Assembly: GCA_966095765.1 (NCBI GenBank)
Contig: CBHTSZ010000002.1
Coordinates: 32,247-96,246 of the forward strand
Source of the DNA: an uncultured bacterium
Lineage (GTDB): Bacteria; Patescibacteriota; Saccharimonadia; Saccharimonadales; Saccharimonadaceae
DNA: 64,000 nt
Reading direction: 5' to 3'
Shown here: piece after piece, positions 19,347-31,327 of the stretch
Numbering within the stretch: position 1 is the stretch's first letter
How the letters are laid out: each line of letters begins with the position of its first letter
The notes under the pieces: model-generated
Told to the model about the DNA's origin: nothing
Databases searched by the model: none
Seen by the model: only the letters and a program-made list of their open reading frames with translations
Translations under genes and position numbers: made by a program

Positions 19347-20075
19347 CTAGTACGTGCCGGTGACAATGATCGTCTGGTTGGTCTTGTAGACACCACCTTC
19401 TGTCAGGGGCGCGACGTTGACGAGATAACTGATCGTGAACGTCGTGACACCTGAGCTCTTTGGCGCGCTCGCGATCACATCGCCGTTCACATACCGGTAT
19501 TTGTTGGGCGTTGCGTAGTCAGGGTGAGCGACACCATAGCCGAACTGTCCCTGGTCAGGATTGGCACCTATCGATGTAGGGGAGGTGTTGGCGACGAGGT
19601 TCATGCCAAACTGCTCAGTGCCGGTCTGTGATGATGTGGCTGTGCTGAGGGCAGGAATGCTACGAGTACCTTTTGTTGGAGGTTTGCCCTCGATCTGCAC
19701 GACATACCCGAAAGATGTATAGTTAAGAACCGAGAAAGTTGCGGTTGCCATACTCGGTGCGGTAGGCGAGAAAGCTCCAAGACTCGCGTTGGTGGTATTG
19801 ATCTGAACTGAAAGTGCGGGGTCGGGGGTTGTCTTTGAACCTGCTTGTATCTGGTAGTTGGCGGAAGCCGCTTCACCAACGGCAACATCACCGAGTGCGT
19901 GAGTTGACTGGTAGTTTGCGGAGCTGGACTGCACCATGCTGCCTGAGCCGATCGTGCTTTCCTCGAACTTGTAGTTAGGAGACTCCAGCTCTGCGTGAGC
20001 GGTATGGGAATAGCCAAACACGACGCTAACGCCGACCAAAGACAGGCCTATCCATCCCCAAAACCTCTTCAACAT
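19347..20075 (-). CDS. secreted surface protein, paralog 1 (242 aa, short form)
   Basis: Signal peptide ...SHTAHAE. Shares FGYVVQIEG / EQFGMNLVAN blocks with the two larger paralogs. TACAAT lies 7 nt before the ATG. Confidence 0.7.
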   Translation of the reverse strand: MLKRFWGWIGLSLVGVSVVFGYSHTAHAELESPNYKFEESTIGSGSMVQSSSANYQSTHALGDVAVGEAASANYQIQAGSKTTPDPALSVQINTTNASLGAFSPTAPSMATATFSVLNYTSFGYVVQIEGKPPTKGTRSIPALSTATSSQTGTEQFGMNLVANTSPTSIGANPDQGQFGYGVAHPDYATPNKYRYVNGDVIASAPKSSGVTTFTISYLVNVAPLTEGGVYKTNQTIIVTGTY

Positions 20076-20183
20076 AAGCTCTATTGTATGGGCAATACCC
20101 CTGCGGCTGCAAGCGACTGCCCGTGTTGCGGTCCACAGGCGTAAGCGATATACTGAGCGTAAGTAATAAGAAGGGTAGAAAAG

Positions 20184-21209
20184 GTGGCGGATTCCCCGTC
20201 TTCAGGAAAAGACAAAACAACCGGTGCTCCTGCTCCTGAGGTGTTGAAGCCTCAGTCTGAAGAATCGACCCCGGCAGCCGAGTCCAAGGGCAGTCCACAG
20301 CGTACTGCTGTGCCTTCAAAGCGCTTGAGGCGCGGATCATACCGTCCTAGCCATAGGGCGACGTTTATCGGGCTTGCAGTTGTTATCGCCATCCTTGCTA
20401 TCAACGGCGGTGTTATCTTTTGGGTACTGCGCAGCAATGGCAGTGCTAGCGCTCAGGGTAATCGCGAAGAAGTAACGTTGAGTAGCGATACGCTCGATAA
20501 GCTCGGCGTGAGCCGTAATGCTGTCGGTGACTTAGGTACTGAGCTCGTTGTCGGACCAAACTCACGGTTTGGCGGCAACGTGACGATTGCCGGTGATACG
20601 AGCGTTGGCGGCTCACTCAGACTCAATAGTAAATTTACCGCTTCAGAAGCTAGCCTCGCCAAACTCCAGGCCGGCGATACTGCCGTTAACAAGCTCGATG
20701 TGAACGGTGACATTACTGCCCAGAGTGTGAATGTCGCGCGTGATCTCGCGGTTATGGGTACGACGAGGCTCCAGGGAGCAGTAACGATAAACCAAGTATT
20801 GACCGTTAACAACAGCGTGAACGTTGCTGGTAACTTGGCTATCGGTGGCGCGCTCAGCGTGCGTAACTTCCAGGTCAGCACCTTGACCGTTGCAGGGCAC
20901 CTCATTAGTACAGGTGCAGCACCAGGCGTTAGTCCTGGCGGGGCGCTTGGCAGTAGCGGCACGGTGTCTATCAGTGGAAATGACACGGCAGGGACGATCG
21001 GGGTTAATATCGGTGTCGGTGGTAGCGCTGGCTGCCTGGCCTCTGTAAGCTTCCGTCAGCCATTTACCGTAACGCCTCGAGTGGTTGTCACGGGGAGCAT
21101 GCCGGCAAATATCTATCTCTCAGGACGTACGGCAAGTGGCTTTACGGTTTGTACAGCAGCGGCTCTATCTCCTGGGGGCTACTTCATCGACTACATTGTA
21201 GTTCAATAG
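20184..21209 (+). CDS. membrane-anchored repeat (beta-helix-like) protein with lectin-like C-terminal domain
   Basis: Disordered N-terminus, TM (FIGLAVVIAILAINGGVIFWVL). Repeats of the type GNVTIAGDTSVGGSLRL / VNGDITAQSVNV / VNVAGNLAIGGALSV. The C-terminal ~90 aa loosely resemble an H-type lectin fold (weak). Confidence 0.6.
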   Translation: MADSPSSGKDKTTGAPAPEVLKPQSEESTPAAESKGSPQRTAVPSKRLRRGSYRPSHRATFIGLAVVIAILAINGGVIFWVLRSNGSASAQGNREEVTLSSDTLDKLGVSRNAVGDLGTELVVGPNSRFGGNVTIAGDTSVGGSLRLNSKFTASEASLAKLQAGDTAVNKLDVNGDITAQSVNVARDLAVMGTTRLQGAVTINQVLTVNNSVNVAGNLAIGGALSVRNFQVSTLTVAGHLISTGAAPGVSPGGALGSSGTVSISGNDTAGTIGVNIGVGGSAGCLASVSFRQPFTVTPRVVVTGSMPANIYLSGRTASGFTVCTAAALSPGGYFIDYIVVQ

Positions 21210-21317
21210 GTACGGTGCGCACTATTCACTCACTACAGGCGCGCTCGGCGCTAACTGATTATTTGTCTTGCCTCGCTGTGCGGGAAACGCACAGCCTTCG
21301 TTCGCGAAGGATCGCAC

Positions 21318-21584
21318 CTACATATTTAAGAACATCATGACTTCGTTGTCGCGGGCGGTAACAATGCCGTTGTTGATATCGAACTTTATTGGTTCCGCGG
21401 AACCGGTCTCGATGATAACTTCACCAGGCGACATGACCGAAAAGAAGTCAGCGTGGCCGGGCAGTATATCAAACGGACCAACTTTGTTTGCCGCAGAGAC
21501 AACCGTTGCCGCGCCCTCGTAGTAGATCTTGAAGGGTGCGCGAGCGATGACCTGTAATTTCTCGTCTGTATCAGGGTGTGCCAT
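21318..21584 (-). CDS. atpC: F1 ATP synthase epsilon subunit (short, N-terminal domain only)
   Basis: 88 aa. ...SAANKVGPFDILPGHADFFSVMSPGEVII... is typical of the epsilon beta-sandwich. Lies directly after atpD. Confidence 0.75.
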   Translation of the reverse strand: MAHPDTDEKLQVIARAPFKIYYEGAATVVSAANKVGPFDILPGHADFFSVMSPGEVIIETGSAEPIKFDINNGIVTARDNEVMMFLNM

Positions 21585-21586
21585 AG

Positions 21587-23872
<2,286 letters not shown>

Positions 23873-23886
<14 letters not shown>

Positions 23887-25354
23887 TTGCAGCCTCCGTA
23901 TTCGCCTCGGCCGTGGCTGGTTTCTCAGCAAGCTTCTTTGCGGCGTGTTTTTTCAGCAGTTCGGCTTCGATACGGTCGTAGTCGTCCTCTTTTTTGGCGT
24001 GCTTGGCAGCTTCTCGTACAGACTCTTTGAGCGCTGGAACGTCGATGTCCATCTCTCCGCCGCTTTGCAAGATCACCTCGAGCATCAACTGCTGCTCGAC
24101 GAGGTTGTGTCGCTCCTCCGGTGGCTGGTGAAGCGCTTCGTAGATGTACTTACCGAGCGTCAAATCACGCCTCGTTTCGGCGGAGAGCTGTGAACTAAAG
24201 TGCGAGAACTCTTCGGCTTGGCGGTATGCAGCAAGTGTCTTAAAGAGGGTGCTCGAAAGCCGCTTTTGACGAGTGGTTTGTGCCTGACCACCGACACGGG
24301 AGACTGATAGACCGGCGTTGACGGCTGGGCGGATACCTTGGCGAAAGAGGCCGAGGTCAAAGATGATCTGACCGTCAGTGATCGACATGATGCTCGTCGA
24401 GAGATAGGCAGTGATGTCGTCGTTTGGCGTGAGTACTACCGGCAGGGAGGTGAGTGTCTTGCCGTTCGTTTTGAGCTTGCCGGCGCGCTCGAGTAGGCTC
24501 GAGTGCGCGTAAAAGATGTCACCGGGGTAACTATCTCGTCCCGGGTCAACTTCCTGGAGAAGGGAGAGCTGTCGGTAGGCTTCTGCGTGTGAACTGAGGT
24601 CATCGTACATGATGATGACATCCCGACCATCTTTGCCAGTCCAGAGTGCCTCAGCCATGGCACAGGCGGCGTATGGGGCAAGGTAGGTCTGGGTCAGGGA
24701 GTCAAAGATGTCGGCAAGCACGACGATGGTGTGCTCCATTGCGCCGGAGTCGCGGAGCGCGGCGAGCAGACGCTCGACGTCAACCTTGCGCCGACCCATG
24801 AGTACATAGACGACGATACGATCAGTGCCTTCTTGGGATGCAGATAGCTGGCCGAGGAAGGCACTCTTACCGGACTTGCTGTCTCCGAGGATGGCGATAC
24901 GCTGACCAAGGACGATCGGAAAGAAGCTGTCTACGGCAGTCACACCAGAGGCCAGCTGTTCATTGAGCATCGAACGAGCCATGATGCCGGGAGCGGGATT
25001 AAAGATACCGGAAGTGGCGGTGGTGCGAATAGCGCCCTTGCCGTCGAGTGGCTCACCCATCGGAGTCACGACGCGGCCGACAAGACCTTTACCGACTGGA
25101 ACGCTAAGGATATCGTTTTCAACAACCGCGAGCGTGCCTGGGTCCATGTGCTCGGAGTCGATGTTAAAGAGGATGACTTTATCGCCATAGGCTTCACGAA
25201 CCATGCCGCGCTGACCGTCTTCAAAGAGGACCTGGGCGCCGAGCCGGACACCTTCAAGGCCTTTTACCTCGATAATAAAGCCGTTAACACCGACAACTTC
25301 GCCGGTCAGGTTGTCGGCCTCGACGAGTTTTTGGAATTTTTGGTTATCAAACAC
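23873..25354 (-). CDS. atpA: F1 ATP synthase alpha subunit
   Basis: P-loop GDSKSGKS, conserved alpha layout, GTG start. Confidence 0.85.
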
Positions 25355-25832
25355 TACGTAGTACCTCAGTGAATTTCATTCGGTTCGCAAGGATCTGACG
25401 ACGGAATGACCAGTCAAAGACATGGCTGCCATGGGTAACCACCATGCCTCCGCACAAGCCAGAGTTGAACTTGAACGTGACGAGTGCGTTATCGGCAATG
25501 TTCTTGCGGCAGGCTTCAACGAGCTGGCGTTTTACGTCGGCAGTAGCGGGTGCGGCCAGCGTGACGGTGATCGTTGGGGCGGTTTTTTTGGCATCTTCAA
25601 GGGCAGCGATCAGCTGCTCGAGATCGGAGCCGCTTAGTAGCTTTTTGCTGCCGATAGATCGAACCAGTTCAGTAGCGCCAGGCGAGAGAGCGGGTGGAGG
25701 AGTGACGTTTTTGGCATGAACACGCTCCTTGATAGCGTTATGCGCAAACCACTTTCCGTACTCACGAATCTCGAGTGTGAGCGCCGCAAGATCCTGTAAT
25801 GAGGAGACGGTATTAGGCAGCTGAACTTTCAT
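25347..25832 (-). CDS. atpH: F1 ATP synthase delta (OSCP) subunit
   Basis: Operon position. C-terminal ...LCGGMVVTHGSHVFDWSFRRQI matches the OSCP end motif (GG..V..G....D.S). Confidence 0.7.
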   Translation of the reverse strand: MKVQLPNTVSSLQDLAALTLEIREYGKWFAHNAIKERVHAKNVTPPPALSPGATELVRSIGSKKLLSGSDLEQLIAALEDAKKTAPTITVTLAAPATADVKRQLVEACRKNIADNALVTFKFNSGLCGGMVVTHGSHVFDWSFRRQILANRMKFTEVLRSV

Positions 25833-26469
25833 CTACCACCTCTTTCTTAAAGTCATCTTTGTGCTCCTCAAGCATCTTGGTTAGGTATGGAACCTGCGCC
25901 CCAAGATCAACGTCGTGCTGCATCGTCTCGATGAGGAAACTGGCAGCTGCATCAGCGAGCTTGTTGTCGATCTGAGAGAGGAGTCGTTCTTTTTCTGCTG
26001 CGATTTCTTTATTCATCTTGGCAAGCATCTGTTTCTGGTGCTCGGCCATTGCAGTTTTGAGGTCTTCTTGGTGTTGATTGAGAGCGTCTTGGGTACCGGT
26101 GATCGAAAGCTCAGTGTTCTTTTGCAGTTCTTCGAGACTCGCTTTGTATCGTTTCATTTCGTCTGTGACGATTTCCTGTCCAACCGTGTCGAGCTGCTTG
26201 TTGAGACTAGCGGCGGTCTTGCTGAGGTCGAGTTGGAGTTGAGCGGCTGAGGCCTCAAGGATCTTTTCATAGTTTGCTGTAGCTTTTGCGAGCAACTGCT
26301 CCTTGACGGCAGGTGGGAGTTTCACGGCATTTTCCTGCGCACGCTTCTTGTCGTTGTCATGTGTGTGCGGACGGAAGTGGGCGAGGCCGTGACGAACTGC
26401 TACGACAGTCGCTGCACCAATCAGGAACGCGTTGAGAATCAGGATAAATTGGAGAATGCCGCTGCTCAT
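25813..26469 (-). CDS. atpF: Fo ATP synthase b subunit (long, divergent)
   Basis: One N-terminal TM followed by a ~190-aa charged coiled coil. Operon position. Confidence 0.65.
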   Translation of the reverse strand: MSSGILQFILILNAFLIGAATVVAVRHGLAHFRPHTHDNDKKRAQENAVKLPPAVKEQLLAKATANYEKILEASAAQLQLDLSKTAASLNKQLDTVGQEIVTDEMKRYKASLEELQKNTELSITGTQDALNQHQEDLKTAMAEHQKQMLAKMNKEIAAEKERLLSQIDNKLADAAASFLIETMQHDVDLGAQVPYLTKMLEEHKDDFKKEVVDESSAA

Positions 26470-26472
26470 AAG

Positions 26473-27336
26473 CTATAACCTCGTCAGTATGAAATAGATT
26501 GATATTAGTCCAACCGCTAGGATTGCGATCACAAGGGAAGAAAGCTGGATAAGGTCGCGGTACACCGCCGCTTGCGACATCGGGTTGCGTCCGATTGAGA
26601 TAATACTGCTTCGGATCATCGAATAGATAATACTGCTAACGATGATGAGCATGATGAGAAAAACTGCGGCGCTCAGGACGATCGGCAAGGTACTAACAGT
26701 CTTGCCGGCGAGTGCATTGGCAACGTTTTGGAGAGCGGTCGGCACGATAGTCTTTTCCGGCTCCTTGAAGAAGTAAGCGACGTTGACGATGACCGGCACT
26801 TCGCCGAGGGTTACCGAGTGTTCCTTGCCGTCCTTGTCCTTGTAGGTCTGCTTGGTGGCGTTTTTCATCCCGCCCTGGGCGATGCCGACGATACGCACGT
26901 TTGCTGTCGCTTTCATGCCAACACCTTTGAGTGGCGACGCAGTAATGTGGTCGCCCTGGTGGATCTCGCCGTTGATATCTGAGACGAGAACAGGTACAGT
27001 GCCGCTCGTCGCAACCTGCACCTGTTCTTTCGTATCATTTGTCAGTGCAAGCAGGGAACTGTCGCTGTTGATAACGACGCCGAGGATGCTATCGGCGTTA
27101 CTCGTTACTGCGGCGGTGACACGATCAGACGTATTTCTCTCGAGGCTGACGATTGAGCCAAGTGGTAAATCTTCTTTAGTGCTGTACCCCTGAGAGAGAG
27201 TTGTGATAGCCGAAGCCAGTGTTGGCACGAGGGCTATAAGGAGTGCCATGCCAACCAAACCTGCTTTTATAGCAAAGCCGTAGTTTGACGCCGTCTGTCT
27301 ATTCTGATTGCCCACCGGCAGGCTGCGCGCTCTCAT
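26473..27336 (-). CDS. membrane protein heading the atp operon (288 aa): N-terminal TM, extracytoplasmic beta domain, C-terminal helical hairpin
   Basis: Promoter TTGCAA-N17-TAAAAT upstream. Lies 3 nt before atpF. The C-terminal hairpin with loop ISIGRNPMSQAAV is faintly c-subunit-like but lacks the GxGxGxG motif and the helix-2 carboxylate. Confidence 0.65.
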   Translation of the reverse strand: MRARSLPVGNQNRQTASNYGFAIKAGLVGMALLIALVPTLASAITTLSQGYSTKEDLPLGSIVSLERNTSDRVTAAVTSNADSILGVVINSDSSLLALTNDTKEQVQVATSGTVPVLVSDINGEIHQGDHITASPLKGVGMKATANVRIVGIAQGGMKNATKQTYKDKDGKEHSVTLGEVPVIVNVAYFFKEPEKTIVPTALQNVANALAGKTVSTLPIVLSAAVFLIMLIIVSSIIYSMIRSSIISIGRNPMSQAAVYRDLIQLSSLVIAILAVGLISIYFILTRL

Positions 27337-27471
27337 ATTATGTTTTCCCGTATTCCTCTTTAGGTTCAGTATAGCAAAAAGCGTAGCCATTTTAGGGTTT
27401 CGTCTGAATACTTGCAAAACCCCTTAAAAAAGGCGCATACTCTAGGGTACATATAACTGAGGAGGATCTTT

Positions 27472-27897
27472 ATGGACGTATCAGTTAACTATCTCGCGGT
27501 ACTGCTCGCCGCACTCTCGACGATGGTAGTGGGAAGCATCTGGTATGCGAAGGGTGCATTCGGCACTACCTGGGGCAAGCTCGCCAAAGTTGACATGAGC
27601 AAGCCGCCAAAAAGAGGGGAATTTGCCTGGCTGATGGGGTCAACGTTCGTCGCCTCGCTCGTGACGGCTTATGTTCTTGCGCACGTTGCCTTTCTCTCGA
27701 ACCAGTTCTTCCAAAATAGTTTCCTCCAAGACTCACTCGCGACAGGTTTTTGGCTCTGGCTCGGGTTCGTCGCAACGCGCATCTACGTACACGATGCGTT
27801 TGAGGGGCGACGCAAAAAGCTGACACTGCTCAACGCATCCCACGAGTTAGTGACGGTGCTCGTGATGGCGCTCATCATCGGCGCGATGGGGTACTAA
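27472..27897 (+). CDS. DUF1761-like membrane protein
   Basis: MDVSVNYLAVLLAALSTMVVGSIWYAKGAFGTTWGKL matches the typical DUF1761 N-terminus. SD GAGGAGG. Confidence 0.55.
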   Translation: MDVSVNYLAVLLAALSTMVVGSIWYAKGAFGTTWGKLAKVDMSKPPKRGEFAWLMGSTFVASLVTAYVLAHVAFLSNQFFQNSFLQDSLATGFWLWLGFVATRIYVHDAFEGRRKKLTLLNASHELVTVLVMALIIGAMGY

Positions 27898-27902
27898 CCG
27901 GT

Positions 27903-28439
27903 ATGGGTTTCTGGGACGTCACGAAGCGGATGCTCCAGGGCAAGCCAGCGTTTGAGGCACCAAAATCAGACGACAACGATAACTGGGATGACGATGCGCC
28001 AACAACCGATTTCGCAGAGGATCGTGAAGCGAAACGATCAGAAAAGGCTACGGAAAGCCTCTATGACGAAGCAGGCAACAAGCATATTCCAGTCGTTGGC
28101 GTGACCCATACAAAGTACACGCTGAGCGGGCCCAATACTGAGATATGGGCAACGGTCCATAACCACTCCGAGCGGTCTGTCATGCTCGATAAGATCATGG
28201 TGCTCGGACAGCGAACAGAGCTTGACTATGAGCTGCAGCCTGGTCGAGAACGCGAGTTTCGGGTCTACCACGGACCGCGCATGACCCACGATAACTACAA
28301 AAAAGCCGAACTGTACTACAAGGACGTGGCTTCGGGTGACTACTTCCGGGCCGATCATCTGATCGGTTATAAGTATGAGGCCGACAAGACCTACAGCGTC
28401 GACGAGCTAGAACTACTGACGCCGATTAATGACGTTTAG
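27903..28439 (+). CDS. hypothetical soluble protein (178 aa)
   Basis: Clean ORF coupled to the upstream gene. No motif recognised. Confidence 0.55.
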   Translation: MGFWDVTKRMLQGKPAFEAPKSDDNDNWDDDAPTTDFAEDREAKRSEKATESLYDEAGNKHIPVVGVTHTKYTLSGPNTEIWATVHNHSERSVMLDKIMVLGQRTELDYELQPGREREFRVYHGPRMTHDNYKKAELYYKDVASGDYFRADHLIGYKYEADKTYSVDELELLTPINDV

Positions 28440-28475
28440 CCGCGCGGCGGCTGATATCCGTTATAATAATTCCTA

Positions 28476-29738
28476 ATGCAGAAAACTGAAGGCAGTCTAA
28501 AATTCCCGAAACATTTCTACTGGGGAGCCGCAACAAGCGCCCATCAGGTCGAGGGAAACAATCATAACAACTGGTCCGTTTGGGAGCTTGAGAACGCGAA
28601 AAGCCTCGCAAAAAGTGCCGAGTACAAACTGAGTGACCTGGCGGTCTGGACCGAGATCAGGACGCAAGCGACTGATCCGGATAATTACGTCTCCGGTATC
28701 GCGATCGACCACTATCAGCGTTACAAGCTAGATCTTGCGATCGCTGAAAAACTGCACCTCAACGCCTTTCGTTTTAGTATCGAGTGGTCTCGGGTCGAGC
28801 CGGAAGAGGGTGTCTGGAACCGCGAGGCGATCGATCATTATCGTGATTACATCCGCGAGATCAAGGCGCGAGGCATGGAGCCGATGCCGACACTCTACCA
28901 CTGGACGGTTCCGGTTTGGTTCCAGGAAAAGGGTGGGTTTGAGCAGGCTCGCAACATCAAATACTTCGCGCGCTTTGCAGAGCGTGTCATCGACGAATAC
29001 CACCAAGATATCCGCTATATTACCTCGATCAATGAACCGGATACGGTTGCGAGCCATGGCTATATCACCCAAGACCACCCGCCGCAGTCGCATTCATACC
29101 TCAAGGCATTTCTGGTATACCGGAATCTGCTGAGGGCTCATAAGCTCGTCTATAACTATGCACATAAAAAGAGCCGTCGGCTCAAAGTCGGTTTTACGAA
29201 GTCATACGCATGGGTGCGACCGGGGGACGACAGGGCAGTGACGCGGTTTGCGGTCCGCGCTGATCTCTGGCTACGCGACAACCTGCCGCTGCGGTATGTG
29301 CGTCGAAAACTCGACTTTATCGGCGTGAACTACTACTTTTCAGATCGTCACGTTGGCCTTAAGATCGACAACACCAACGAGAAGTTAAATGATTTGGGTT
29401 GGGAGATGCGCCCGAGCGACCTCAAGCATGCTCTCATCCGTCTCAAGAGGTGGAATAAGCCAATCATTATCACCGAATCGGGCGTGGCTGACCATTCGGA
29501 CGAGTATCGCAAGTGGTGGATTGCGCAGTCACTGGCGGCCGTGCACGCGGCGCTTGCGGCCGGAGTGAATGTATTTGGCTATCTCCACTGGAGTTTATTC
29601 GACAATTTCGAGTGGGCCTATGGCCGATGGCCACGCTTTGGTCTCGTCGAGATAGAGTACGATAATGACCTAAAACGAACCGTGCGCCCAAGCGGGCTTT
29701 GGTACGGCAAGTTAGTAAAAAAGATGCGAGGACTTTAG
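28476..29738 (+). CDS. glycoside hydrolase family 1 (beta-glucosidase-like)
   Basis: FPKHFYWGAATSAHQVEG, acid/base SINEPD, nucleophile IITESG. TATAAT lies 8 nt before the ATG. Confidence 0.85.
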   Translation: MQKTEGSLKFPKHFYWGAATSAHQVEGNNHNNWSVWELENAKSLAKSAEYKLSDLAVWTEIRTQATDPDNYVSGIAIDHYQRYKLDLAIAEKLHLNAFRFSIEWSRVEPEEGVWNREAIDHYRDYIREIKARGMEPMPTLYHWTVPVWFQEKGGFEQARNIKYFARFAERVIDEYHQDIRYITSINEPDTVASHGYITQDHPPQSHSYLKAFLVYRNLLRAHKLVYNYAHKKSRRLKVGFTKSYAWVRPGDDRAVTRFAVRADLWLRDNLPLRYVRRKLDFIGVNYYFSDRHVGLKIDNTNEKLNDLGWEMRPSDLKHALIRLKRWNKPIIITESGVADHSDEYRKWWIAQSLAAVHAALAAGVNVFGYLHWSLFDNFEWAYGRWPRFGLVEIEYDNDLKRTVRPSGLWYGKLVKKMRGL

Positions 29739-30740
29739 ATGAATCAAAACCCAGTCAGTGGAGCCAAATTCGTCGTGATCGGCGGTGGCACGGGCAGTTT
29801 TACAGTGCTCAGCGGCCTCAAGACCTACGTCAGCGACATCACAGCCCTCGTCAACATGGCCGATGACGGCGGTTCTACTGGCCAGCTCCGCGATGAGCTC
29901 GGAGCATTGCCTCCTGGTGACGTCCGCCAGTGTCTCGTTGCACTGAGCGATACGCCAAAGGTGCGCGACCTCTTCAACTACCGTTTCGAAGAGGGAAGCC
30001 TCAAGGGGCATGCATTTGGCAATCTCTTTTTGACAGCGCTCGAGAAAATGACCGGTAACTTTGCTGAAGCGGTTGAGATGGCAAGCGTGGTACTCAATAT
30101 CACGGGTCGTGTTGAGCCGGTAACAATGACAGATGTAACGCTTTGCGCCGAAGGGGTGGACGGTCAGCCAATCAAAGGTGAATTTACGATCGGCCACGAA
30201 AAGCTAGCTGAGCGGCCAAAGATCTGGCTTGAGCCCGAGGCAGTGGCAAACCCGCGTGCGATCGAGGCTATCATGTCGGCTGATGTCGTCGTGGTTGCGC
30301 CCGGAAACCTCTACGGCAGCCTCGGTCCGGCGCTCGTCGTACCAGGTATCGGTAAGGCGCTTTGCGAGACGAAGGCAACACGTGTGTATGTGTCCAATCT
30401 GGTGACAAAACCTGGCTCAACTGACGGGTTTAAGGTTCACGATTTTGCCGACGAACTTGAACGTCTCGCTGGTGGCCGGTTCCTGGACTATGTTATCTAC
30501 AATACAAGCAAACCGAGCGACGAGCTGCTCGAGCGTTACGCACATGAAGGCGAGTATGGTGTCGATATTGACGTTGCAGCATTTGAGACACGTCCGTGGA
30601 GTGCAGTTGGGACGCGGCTCGTGGCAACCGATCTGTGGGACGGTGCACAGTCGAGCGACCCACTTGCGCACACCCGGAGTTTTATCCGCCACGATCCCGA
30701 TGCAGTAGCTCGCCAGCTGATGAGGATTTATTTCGCATGA
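29739..30740 (+). CDS. YvcK/CofD-family gluconeogenesis/cell-shape factor
   Basis: VVIGGGTGSFTVLSGLK, MADDGGSTGQLR, GNLYGSL motifs. Confidence 0.8.
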   Translation: MNQNPVSGAKFVVIGGGTGSFTVLSGLKTYVSDITALVNMADDGGSTGQLRDELGALPPGDVRQCLVALSDTPKVRDLFNYRFEEGSLKGHAFGNLFLTALEKMTGNFAEAVEMASVVLNITGRVEPVTMTDVTLCAEGVDGQPIKGEFTIGHEKLAERPKIWLEPEAVANPRAIEAIMSADVVVVAPGNLYGSLGPALVVPGIGKALCETKATRVYVSNLVTKPGSTDGFKVHDFADELERLAGGRFLDYVIYNTSKPSDELLERYAHEGEYGVDIDVAAFETRPWSAVGTRLVATDLWDGAQSSDPLAHTRSFIRHDPDAVARQLMRIYFA

Positions 30741-31327
30741 TTGTTTACTTGGATCTGGATCGCACGCTCTTCAAGACTGCAGATATGAGCCTGGTGTGGG
30801 AGTATATCGGCAGCCTGTACCCTGAGGCTGTCGACGCCTTTGATAGCGCCGAGACTTACTTCCACTACGTCGGGGATATGTACTACTACGATATGGGCGC
30901 ACATCTCACGTCGCTAGGGCTTGAACCGAGCGAAGTCTACGCAGCGGTGGCTAACTCAGAACTTGCTGACGGCCGTCTCGAGGCTGAGGGTTCAAAGGCG
31001 CTTATCGATGCGCTGACGCGCGACGGATACGAGGTCCAGGTACTGACTTTTGGGAGTGATGACTACCAGCGGTTCAAGGCCTCTCTCTGTCCATCGCTAC
31101 GCGAGGTTCCAGTTGTGACGGTACTTCGGTCAAAGGCCGATGTGCTCGAGGAGCTCGGCGAGGAATGTTGGCTTGTTGATGACCGGCCGCTCGGTGATGA
31201 GTTGCCGGGAAACGTTAGTTTTGTACAGGTAAGCCCTGATGGTAGGGCAGTGCCGCATGACGCCGACTGGACAGTCAAGCAGTCACTCTTAGAAGTAAAG
31301 GAGTTTTTCGATGCGATCAGCCACTAA
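30737..31327 (+). CDS. HAD-superfamily hydrolase-like protein
   Basis: Start at ATG 30737 (ATGA overlap with the upstream stop). Motif I is YLDLDRTLF. Confidence 0.55.
   Translation: MIVYLDLDRTLFKTADMSLVWEYIGSLYPEAVDAFDSAETYFHYVGDMYYYDMGAHLTSLGLEPSEVYAAVANSELADGRLEAEGSKALIDALTRDGYEVQVLTFGSDDYQRFKASLCPSLREVPVVTVLRSKADVLEELGEECWLVDDRPLGDELPGNVSFVQVSPDGRAVPHDADWTVKQSLLEVKEFFDAISH

Noticed and set aside
21276-21310. Two adjacent tetraloop hairpins (ctgtgcg-ggaaa-cgcacag and ccttcg-ttcg-cgaagg) between the convergent atpC and 20184-21209 genes, considered as intrinsic terminators.
   Set aside because: No U-run follows on either strand. They may still stabilise 3' ends, but I cannot support a canonical terminator call.
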